Shown here: positions 9,984 to 21,900 of the stretch, in pieces
How positions within the stretch are numbered: the stretch's first letter is position 1
How the letters are laid out: the number at the start of each line of letters is the position of its first letter
Position numbers and translations under genes: made by a program
Assembly (NCBI GenBank): GCA_002269645.1
Contig: NIVC01004616.1
Span: 1-40,442 of the forward strand
Origin: Macrostomum lignano
Taxonomy: Eukaryota
DNA length: 40,442 nucleotides
Reading direction: 5' to 3'
The notes under the pieces: model-generated
Seen by the model: the letters and a program-made list of their open reading frames with translations, nothing else
What the model was told of the DNA's origin: nothing
The model's database searches: none

Positions 9984-12900
9984 ATGGCAGGCGCCATGCT
10001 GGGACTCTGGCTGGTCCTGCAGCTGCTGCTAACCGGACCTCAAGACGTATTTGCGATTAGAAATTGTTCGGATGCAGTAAGTGATTTGACTGACTCACTG
10101 GCTTATGTAGAATTGTTATTTAAATACAATTATACAATTGGATGCAAAAAATGTAGATATACAACCAGTTTGATGGCGTTCATATTTGTTTTTTATGCCG
10201 TTGTAAACGGCCATGAAGAGTTACGAGTACTCAGAGCCTTTACAAAATATATCGCAATCAAGTCTTAATACAGGAAACTGTAGTCAAGAATGTCCCGCAT
10301 AACGTTAATTTAACTTAACGTCAAATTTAAAAGCTTTATGTGCCGGTTGAACTCATGACGCCTTTGTATTAAACCACAGGGGGAGTTCGACTGTCCTGCT
10401 GCTAACGGCTGCACAAACATGAGCGCCTGTTTAGAACGCCTCCTGGATAAGGAGCAGCAGTGTCGTTTAAATAACTTGGTGAGCGCTTTGACGTTACTGG
10501 TTTCATGTTATATGTATATGTGTATCTGTAATGTAGTGTTCTTGTACATTTTCAACATTTAATAAAGGAAATATAGCTGTAGCGATATGAGTTGAATTAA
10601 GATCATGCATTTAACTTACACTCGAATTATTGATAAATGCGTGCTAGAAAGATCTATTAGTATGAATATTAAAAAGAGCATTTGTGAGGTCATTCATATG
10701 AGTCTATTGTACACTACATCACACAAAAACTTGGTTGAAAAATGCCTCAGATAGGCACCGCTTGCAGTCAGAATCCAAACAGTTATCTCTTGTGAAGAAT
10801 TCACAAGTTGGCAGTTGACGGAAGGTATTTTACACAAAACCCTGACTAATCTCGCCCCAACCTTGCTGGGTAGCAACTGCCAACACAGAAACTCGGTATT
10901 GTAAATGCTAAGAGGGTTAATCTTTCTCTCGCCACCAACTAATAGTAATACAAGCCCATGCAGGTAGTGACAAAAAACACTTGCTCCATTCATCTTATTT
11001 TATTCGGTTTTGACTATTGCCTGTCTGCGTACGAGTTGTTTCCCGCGGACCAGACCGAGCACGTACCTATTCGGTCGCAGGGGGGCTGCAGGCGCCGCTT
11101 TTAGGCTCCGCTCTAGTTAGAAGTTTCTTCAAATTCTATTCCTTGTATAGTCTAGGCGAATAATACACAAGTAGGCGCGATAGCGAGAGAATAAGCACGT
11201 GAATTGGCCTCGCAAGTTGGCCTCGTGCGCTGGCCTCTATTCATCCTTGCCCCAGAGCCACTTGTCTCTTGCTGTCTCTCCATTGTATTGTACTGTTGCA
11301 GGCAGCAGTAGGCGTGTGCGCCACCTTCTGCACTAGCAACAATCCTTTTAGTTTTTTTTATTTTACAACCACGGTTATTTAGAAAAATGCCATCTGTAGC
11401 TACTGATAAATAGCGCCTACGTGATATGCAAAAGATTGAGGATGTTAACGATTCAACTACGCGTAGGCCAACAAGAAAAGTACTTGTAACCAGATAGACT
11501 TTCTTAATGGTGAACACTTACAAAATTTTCCAGTAAACTTTTCAACCTTTCTCAAAGTGCTCCTTATATCTATAGATATGCGCCTTGTCACCTACATTAA
11601 AGTTTGGTTCACATCTGTAAACTCAAAGGAAGGTTATAGTACTCGCTCTTAAAGATTTAGTTTAATCTCAGAATGAATTGTGTTGTTGTATTTTTCAACC
11701 ACTTCTGATTACCCTGTAGATCGAATTCAAACCAGAGTTAATTTGTGAGAGTGTAGTTGAATCGCTCAATCATTGCAGTCTAAGGATTCACCATAAATTG
11801 GTCACATCTTGTTAATATACTATCCATTTTTATTCTTCTCTCTTACGTTGTCATTTAAAAATGAGTAGAGCTTGTACATATGCTGATTTTAAAACTCTTT
11901 GCCTTCATCAACACAAAGTCTCTCCGATCGTCTCCCTGATTCCTCAAATACTTTTTGGAAGCTTCTGCAACTTCCGCTTCTGCCTTTCTTTTTAAATGGG
12001 ACTGTCCAAGCGTAACGTGTCAAACAGCATGCCAAATGGTGCCTTTTGCATAGTGAATCAGTTTTCCTAAATGGGTTTTGGCTTTCTACTCGTATATGCT
12101 TTATGCAATTTTACAGCATCTTTATAACTAAGACCGTTTTCATATATGGTTAAGCAGTCTATGCAATTTTTGGGGTTAGTACTTTGAATGCCTGATCCAA
12201 AGCAAACTTTGACCTCAATGATACGTTTCACTAGATTTCGAAAGAGTCTCTCTTTCACAGGCAAGTCACTGGTTGGAATGGCATCTAAATCAGCAATCAT
12301 TTTCTCATCAGCTATATGCTTCTTTGCTAGAGCTTCATCTGGTGTGGGTAATGTCTTTTCGACACCTCGATAGTTTTTGTTATGATATAATAATATGCTG
12401 TTCAGTCGACTGGGTTAATTAGTAGACTCTCATAGCGCACCCCCTTATTGTTATATCTCACTACTTGCATAGAGATGCAAGTTAACTTTTGACTCTCTTC
12501 TGTAGGGGCTATCTGTAATTATGCGTCCTCTAGGTCGATGACGGACCTCGATGTCAATGCTTAGCGTTCGGAATGGCATGAAGAATTTCTTCTAGCTTTG
12601 GTAGAAGAAACTAGAAAAGGCTTGTATTGATCTGTATAGATGAGTCTATTGAGTATCACTGAGTAGTCTCCGCATATTCGCACTGCTCTTGCTGGTCCTT
12701 CGAGCTTCAACACCAGCCATCGGATTTTGAGCAGGATAAATGTTGCCTGCGCCCAGAAGTCTCTTCAACTCGATCTCGACATTAGTTTTCATTAAGAATG
12801 ACAGTGATGGAACTGGGTAGCACATAACCTTGAATGATACTTCATAGTTCAGGCGAAAGCTTGCTGTGAATTTGTTTGCATCGTTGACAGTGACAGCAGC

Positions 12901-15900
12901 GCACTTTAAGCTTGAGTCCAAGTTTGGTATCAGATGAAGTTGTCGAATGAAGTTCAATGAAAATTGTTTGACTGCGCTCTTCCCGCTGTTGTCCTTGACC
13001 GCAGCCTGCCTCAGCACTCCAAAAGCAGCTGCCTGAGAGCCTCCATACACTTTCAGAGACGTGGTGTTGTCGCTTTGAATTTCGAGGCCGGTCTTTGCAG
13101 CCAGGTTGTGAGGGATTGCAGAGATTTTACTCTCAGTGTCGACGCACAGAATAGTTTTCAAGCCACCAATTTTAAATTCCTTTAGCAAAAGGTTACTTAT
13201 TTTGTTGTTTGTAGTTTTGAGAATATTAGAATTTTGTCTCTAGTGGTTTTTGATGGTGCTGATTTAAAATATGAGCTTCATTTTTTGGTAGCTTCAACCC
13301 AATTATATGTAGCTTATTAGGGTTATTGACTATTTTATAGATTATTTATGGGAATTAATCTAGTCCATATATACATGGAGCTTGAATAGCCCATCCAAAA
13401 CCCTTTTAGAAATAAAATTATATTACCTCAACTAATTTAACAGCCTAAACTTGAATAGAGACCTCTGAACCTATTCAAGTTTGACTATAATAAATTATTG
13501 ATATTTAGATTGCTATCAATTGTAATCGGAATCTAATTTCAAAGAACAATATTTGGCAAAAATCAGGAAAAAAGTGCATGCTACGAAGTAACGACCAAAA
13601 GCTCACTGTTAGTGTTAGTAATAGATTAGTAAACACATTAGTTGATATGCTAATAGAGTTAGTAGATATTTATTAACAGTACTGATTCTTGCATAACCAA
13701 AATTATTCGGCAAGAAGTATGAATAGAATACAAAACAGCAAAGGTAAACGTTAAATTTTTATTCAAAATACTTCTTTAATCTTTTGTTTTGATAAAGGCT
13801 CATTTTTTAAATACATCATTCGTCGAAACTATTTGTAATCGAATTCTCATTAACAGCATAGGGGATTAACAAAATTGAGGTTGCATAACCACTGAAGGTA
13901 TTTTTTGCAGTGGCTTTTGCATTTTGTAACTTTCGGTACCCCCTGGAAAAAAAGTGTCTGGAAAAAAGTATTAAAAAATCGGAAAATCGGAAGTATTTGA
14001 TCGACCTAAACTTAAAAAGTCCAAAAGTATTGATGACTAGCAATCAGAACGACATTGTGGCAGCATGGGTAGACTTAAAAAATCATTTGAAACGACACAA
14101 TAATGGCATGCCGAGGTCTTCTTCAGATTTGATCTCTCTAAAGCATTTCGATGTTACGTCTTTCTCCAATATTCAGAGTTTCTGCCCGAAACAAGGAATC
14201 TGCTACAACAGTACCGTTCACATGTCTTTGGACAACTGTAATTATTACATGAGCAGCCCGTGTGACAATGCCACACGCACCAGCACTGAGCCACTGATCC
14301 GATGCAATCCCGGATACCAAATGTGCCTAACACAGGCTCAGTGCGATGAAGTGGTGGCAAAGAGGTCGTGTCCAAACAAAAATTTGCTTATCCCGTTTGT
14401 GTGGCCTGCAGCCTCCTGCTTTATTCTTCCGCGTCTGAAGTTTCGCTTCACCGTTGTGCAGCAAGCGGGTCCTCCTGTGATGAGACTTGGATCTAACAAA
14501 CTCAACAACAGCCGCATCGGAGAGGAAATCCAACTCAACAGGCTTCCTGATAACAGCATCTGTGAGAGCGCAGACGCACAGGAAATATCCAAATACGCCG
14601 GCTCCAATGCGAGTCTATCGTGGGTAAAGCTGAGGTTTCGCTACGTCAACAAAGACAACAAAGTAGTCGCAGAGTGTCAACCTACTTTCGGATTGCTGCT
14701 TCCGCCGAAGTTGCGACCGCCACCAGCTGGATTCCCAACGGTCGTGCTGAAAAAGAACAGCACTTCTCACATTAATGAAATTATCATCCCAAGGAATATT
14801 TTAAGCTCAGTATTGAACCAGTCCACAGCATCTGCGCCGTGGTGCGACAGTCTCGGTCAGGCCGAATTTCCCAAATCCTCATTTAACGACCACGTTCGTC
14901 AGCTGTGTCGAGAGACGCCGAGGAAGGCTGCCTACTGCTACATCGAGGCGTCGTCGCTCTACACCGAATATTCGTTCTACGCCCACTATCTTGGCGCTCC
15001 ACCTTATAAGTTCGGCTCAGGATATCTATCGCTATCGGTTGAAGGCTCATACTTTAAAGCGCATCTAAGACAGCCGGGCAGGGTCAATTTGACATGCAGA
15101 CTGTGGAACGGACTGCTTCCGGTGCAAGGCACGCCTCCAACTGACGGAAACTACTTTGGAGACGAGATTCTTCGAATTGAGTATTCATTCAGCTGCTATC
15201 CTGGCTATGTTCCCTGTTTGGCTTCAAAGACTTGCATTTCTTCTGGTGATTTGTGCGAAGCACCGACGAACTGCAGCTCTGTAAGGTTTTTTTCTGTCAT
15301 TCTTATGTGCATCTGAGTTTTCTGTTGCTCTGTAATCGTTAAAATTATTTTTTAGGCTGAGACATACTGTGAGGAACTCAAGCGATGCGCCCCTGTTGGA
15401 TCCTGTTCAAGCACAACGCGGAGTATGGACTCAACAGTGCTGCCCTCTGTGTCTACCCTTGAGTCACAGACATCCACAGTAACCGATCAACGGACTACGG
15501 TTGGTCCTCTTACTACAATCAATCCGAAAACTACAATCGATCAACTGACTACAGAAAAGCCCAGAGATTGCCGATACAAAGTGAGTACAAGCTACTCTCT
15601 GATTTTTTCGTGTTGTTCCAACTTCAAATAAAATCAATTGCTGTCTTTTTACGCAGGTTGCCTGCCCACCCAGTGGTTTACTACTCTGCAAGGCTGCTTG
15701 TGTGCTGTCTCTTGTCGAGCAGGGTGCACAGTGCAACGCAAAAGGCAAGGTAAGTGTTAAAGTGGCTATTATTAGCATTCTCAGCAATACATGCTAATCT
15801 AGTGAAGCAAAAATGCCGCTCGTTTCAGAGATTCTGTCCATCCAACGGTGTTTGCGAGAATGCTACAGCTGAGTCAAGCTTCTGTGCGTCTCTGCCTCAA

Positions 15901-18900
15901 AATTTCACGATATGCGAGGGCGTCAACGAGGTGAGTGGCATAATGCATTTGGCTTTCTATATTTCATAATTACATTCGTAGCAGGTGCAAAAGATCATAG
16001 TTTGCATTACGTATGTCTAATGAGCGGTGACGATGTTGTTTTATTCAAACTGCTCACCCTTAGACTGCCTGTCCTCACGCATTCGGTGCCTGCTTGGACT
16101 TCGCCAACTGCCGCCAACTGTGCCCTCGCTCTCATCGGCTTTTGCCAGCTGCCCAGCTCGTTTCTGGATTCAAGGGCTTGTACAGGGGTGCTCCGGACCC
16201 CGGTGTCTGTCGCACAGGTCACATTCTTGGCGCTGTGTCTGCCGCACGCATCAGAGTGCTTTTTGTCAGCCCGGCACCAGGTATCGAGATGGAGCTGGAT
16301 GGTCGCAAAATCAACGTCAGCGGAAGTTCAGAGCCGATCAGACCCGACAGTTGCTTCCAGTTTCTCGTCCACGGCGCTCAGAATGTACTTATCAATCTCA
16401 CGTACTCGCTGCTACTTCCAGACGGATCAGAATGCGTTATGAGAACCTTTGTGCTCCTACCTCCGAGAGCTCTACCTCCAAATGTGACACTGATTAAATC
16501 CAGCCTCAGCGTCATGGACACTTCTGTGCTGAATGTGTCTCTCTCCACAGTGCTGGTGTTGAGTCCAAACGGGTTCCCGAGCAGCAGTGTGTGCGATCTA
16601 AGACTCGACAATCTAATTGATCTGCACTCCGAGCGAAGTGTCTGCAACATGCGTTCAGGGGTTGAGTCCTCGACTGTCGGTGGCGTGTTCTGCAAGTACA
16701 TGGTGGAGCCAGTGTGGTAAATTTACTCCTGCTTTTGAATCTTACCCGCTTCTAAACGTTGTTAGCAATGTACAAAGAAGCGAAACATAAATCAGTCTTA
16801 ATATTTTACTGAATAAAATAAAAAGTAGAATGATTAATGTATCATGTGAATAGTTGTGGCTCCGGTAAAATATATGATGCATGCATATGTTTTTTGTTGA
16901 ACTTTCAGGCCTGACATCTACGGAAAACTGACGTTCCGAAGTGGAGTCACAGAAAGCGGTATCATCGAGTACATGAGAGGCTTTCTCGTTCCGAGTTCAA
17001 GCCAAGCCCACATACGATTCGAACCAAATCGCAATGCCGCTACCAAGACCTTCGTTCTGATGTGCCAGGCTTGGAGTGGACTGCCGCCTTACTTCAGCTA
17101 CACCAGCTCTGGTTCTCTTGTTCCATCCGTCCTTCCTTCTACAGCCATGGGTGGGACAGTCATCTTCAAGATCAGCGTGCTGCACAACGAGCATCTTCCT
17201 GTTGTGAATAAAGATTTTTTCACTTTTGGTGTTCTCAAAGACAGGGAGAACGAGTACGTGAGTCAGAAATTACAGCGAGAGCGAGGCTTCATGCTGCAAC
17301 GGCACGGAGAAAACTACGGCACCCAGATTCGGGTCGGCGACATGGTATCAATGTTCTTTTGTGACGATAATACATCCGAGTTGGGCGCTCTCGTTCTGCA
17401 AGGCTTCGGCGACGATGCAAGTGGTGTTCTGGAGTACCAGCTGCCGAACTCAATGTCCTGGCAGACTTTGAATGTATCTGCAGACAAGCCTGCGTTTAAG
17501 CAGTACCGTATGCTGTCGCATTTCAAGGACTCAGCAAAAACTGCGGATGCCTTCTCAAGCATCCAGTGCGTGGGAAGCATTTCATCTATATCTTCCTCCA
17601 CGCAGCAGCTCTCTGACTTCCTAGCAGATGACGTCAACAGTACGGGGCCTGTCACCGCGATGTTCCTCCCAGCCAACGCTTCGATCCGATTTCGGCCTAC
17701 GGTCCCGGCGTCCTGGTCCCGCAGTCGCGCCATCCTTGCTTTTACAGCCGCAGAGAAGCTGGTCGCTCAACAACAAGTCTACATCAACCCACTCGTTGTC
17801 AGTAGCGTGGTCAACAAAAGTGCAGCCGCCGGGTGGGTAGTTGTACGTCCAGTGACGGTTGGCTGTGACAATCAGCCGTGGTCAGGTCTCCAGACTGATG
17901 TCTGTAAAATCTGTGGTGGAAATGGTCGCTCATGCATCGACTGCAACGGTGATGCGAATGGCACAGCGATCTGGAACGACTGCGGCAACTGCGTTGGTGG
18001 AAGAACTGGCAAAGCCATGCGATATGGCAAGGACTGCGCTGGTCGATGCAATGGATCCTTTGTCTCGCCAATCCCTGGTCTGTGCTACAATTCCAGTCGA
18101 TATCCGACTGCTGATGAGTACATCCGCTCGGTGTGGTGCGATGGCAACGTGAACAGAACTGCGCGCACCAATAAGTGCGGCTTCTGTACCGAGGGAAGCA
18201 CCGGACGATCCACTAACTTCGGCGTGGGACCTTGCGGCTGCAGCAACGACACTTCTTGTATCACAGGCTGTGACGGTGTCGTTGAGCCATCGGTGTCGCT
18301 CCGAAAGACTCTGGACAAATGCGGTCGTTGTCTACAGCCCAGTGACCCACAGAGAGACATCTGCAATCGGATTCACTTCACAATAAGCCGACATGCATGC
18401 GTGGGGTCGTACGCTGCTCAGCAGCAAGTGACGATCCTCAGCAGCAGCATCAACATCACAATCAGCTCAATTGCTCTGCGCCTGATGAGGGTGACCGATC
18501 GGGTAAGGCATCAATTCCATTTTTCTGGGATAAACCAAAAGCTCTTTTACGCCGCCATCAAATCGCACGAATTTACACAACGATGTAAAATGCGGCAAGA
18601 ATTTGTACAAGCCGTGTAGTTCGTACATTTATCTAGATGATGACGGAAAAAGCTAAAAAAGGAAATAAACCTTTCCTTGCCTGAAGGTATAATTACACTG
18701 ATAGTAGATGCAGGTGCATAAAGCAGTCTAGATAATAATTCCAGTAAGACTCAGAATCCTGAAGCTTTAATTGATAAGTTTGTAAGTAACGTTATTAAAA
18801 TAAAAAAGATTTTCTCTGCTTTCGCATTGAGAGTCCTTCTACATGGAGCTTCAAGCATTGTCCATCGATATATCTTCTGGTCTGTTCCGCTTTTCCGCAC

Positions 18901-21900
18901 CTTTGAGTCTCGTGGCGGGCCAGTACGCCCTGCAGGTGAAATACTTGACCGCTTCCGGTGCTACAGTCATCGAGGACGTTTCCGGTGGAAACTTGACTAT
19001 TTTTGGACCTCCCAGCTTGTCTAGCTTGAGTGTCGGGAGTGGACTCACACTAGAAAATCCCGTTTACTCTCTGCCAGTGAGAGGACAGGGATTCGTCAAC
19101 ACGCCCGATCTCGCCTGCCTTCTCTACTGCGACGATCTTAGCCGCCACACCCGATGCGACCCGCGCACTGGCTTTCTCACTGTGCCCGCTATATTCGACA
19201 GCGCGACCAGTGTCACCTGCAACATCTCTGCGCTGGCCAAAGTCGGACAGCCGTTGCAATGGAAGCTCAGCGTCATGAACTGCAAGCCGCAGACACTCAG
19301 CCACGATGCATTTGCGGTGTTCAAGTGAGTGACTTGTTTCTCGTTATTACAAATATAATTCTTTGCACTAAGTGACACATTGATTACACTTCTTGCAATC
19401 ACCGACCAGGCAAAACTCTCTGTCGCTCTCGATACGCTCGAGTAAGGGTCCAGTGCTGCTCTCAGCAACTGATGACGCCATTGGCTACCACCTGCGTCTC
19501 GAGTTTGACACAAACATCCAACTGCGACAGACAGCATGCTCAGCCATCTTTAATGCGTCGACTCTTGCGCTGATAGGTTCAGGCTCAGAGTGCTACGCGC
19601 GGGCAAACGTTCTCATCGTGCGGAAAGATCGCGGTACTGCAATCTGCTCTGGCTCACGAATCAGCATCAATTCGAATATCATTTATGTGGATGGCAGTGA
19701 CGTCAGCCTGGCCACCAGTTCCAGTGTCAGCAACGCTGTTGTGAATACAAACAGTCGGGAGCCGCCAGTCATCTTTCTGGCCGGAGTCCAGTCAGATGCC
19801 AACAATGTAGCCACCGTCGGATTCTGCGACGCGTTTACCCTGTATGCCACCGTCAGAGGATCGATGGTACAGCGGATCACTTGGGACATCCGCTGTGCCA
19901 CAGGCTCGACCTGTCAAACAACTGAGCTGGCCGCATTCCAGTCAAAATTTTCTACAGAAGTCACTTTCTACGCCGGAAAGGATGTTAGTGCTCTCCAAGT
20001 GCTCAAGTCAGAGAATATAACTCCAAAATATTCATCAGCTCACATTCTCATTTCTTTGCTTTGTATCTTCAGATTCCACCTGGCGAGTCATACAACATCA
20101 CGGCTTTTGCCCAGAACGAATGCGGAACGCAGTCAAATACTGCGAGCATTGTAGTAAAACGACTCGACGAACGAACACCATTCAGCATTAATATCTACGG
20201 ACAGCAAAAGCATGTGATGCCCGATCAGCCGTACAGTGCTGTGCTTATTGTCCGACCTTCATTTTGCTATATCAAGGCTATCGACAGTCTGAGTGTAAGT
20301 AACAGTACTCTGAGAACGCTTACCGGTATAGTAGAAATCGTGCATCAGAACACGATGATAGATGCAAAGACTATAACAAATCGTACGAGCGTAATTGTGA
20401 TATTAGTAAAATGTCTTACTATCGAATAAAAAGTACGCCTGTTCTTTACTGTTCAATAAAATAACTTGATTAGGCTCTTAACCTCCACACTTTACTTTTG
20501 CAGTACAAATGGAAGATCGTGGGTGGTACTAGAGCCGTCAATGTCGAACAACATGGGATCACAGGTCAATTCTTCCGACTGAGATCTGGAGTCCTGCAAG
20601 GAGGCCAGACCTACAACCTCAGTGTCTGCGCTTCCATGCCGACTTGGCCCAGCGTGGCGTGCGGCTTTTTGCTTCTGGAGACCATCAGCCGCCCTCTGAT
20701 TCCCATTTTCCTTCGCGGAGGCCGCTCTGATCTCGGCGTCAGCGAAGCACTGCAGGAATCCGTGTACATCATCGATCATGACTACTCGACCGAGACGACA
20801 TTTTGCACCTTCTATCTGACCAAACGGGCCAACGGTGAGGCAATCTACATGCGCAACATACACACGGGGAACATGCTGTCCTCATTTAGCTTCTTCGGTT
20901 CGGATGGAACTCAGACATCATCGAACAGTATCCAAGTGCCTTGGCCGAATCCCAGTGTATACGAGCTACCCTCAGGCTTCATGAACCTCACTGTGAGTTG
21001 TCAGCGGGGTCAGCGACGGTCCAGTAGTACAAAGCTTGTGCAGATTTTGCCTCGTCCGCCTCCATCAGTCCGGATCTTGACCGAACCGAGCAACAAACCA
21101 ATCAATCCAAACGCTGTTGTCCATGTGACAGCTCTAGTGATTGCCAGTGAGATCACTCAGACCCAATGGTCAGTGGAAACTCAAGAGACTGGCTTTGGCT
21201 CGCTGTCGCTTGAGCAGTGCTCAGTAGGACCGCCGCTGGCCGATACATGCGTACCCAATCGTCGCTGCTTCATCACTTTGGTTCTCCAGCCAGGACGGAG
21301 TTGCAGCTTTGCTGCCGGTGTCTCCTATCAACTGCTTTTGATTGCCAGCGCCAGTTCCGGGACCGCTCAGGCCCAGTTCGACTTCCGCGTCAATGCGCCG
21401 CCAAGTGGTGGAGCACTGTCTGTGACTCCCACCCAAGGAGCCGCTCTGGAGACCTCCTTCACGCTCACAATATGGCCGAATATTACTGACGATTCCGACG
21501 TGTTCTTCAGTTACAGCGCCATGTGCTGTCGCCAAGATTCATCAAGCCAGTGCGTCAGCGTAACTAGTGAACCAACGCCCGCTAGACTGCTCACCACCCA
21601 TCTACCTGGAGGAAACTGGATCTGCAAAGCTTCAGCCATCGACTCTAACGGAGCAGGCTCAGATTGGTTCTCATTTACTACTGCAATTCAGGTGCAAGCG
21701 AAACAGCTAACGCTTGCCAAGCTTGACGATTTACTAAACAACTTGAACAATATTTCAAACAGCTGTGAGTGCGATCAAATTATTTTCGATTTTATTTTCA
21801 TATTACTGCAGCAAAATTAGAATTAACACAGTATCGATATCATAACTTGCATTACAGTTGACGCTCCAGCTCTAGGAGGAATGATTCTGAGTGAGCCAGA

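Noticed and set aside
10694-10993. Minus-strand ORF in receptor intron 2, with a Cys-spaced PTCEFFTRDNCLDSDCKRC in another frame
   Set aside because: No recognisable domain, splice context or codon bias; possibly more element debris.
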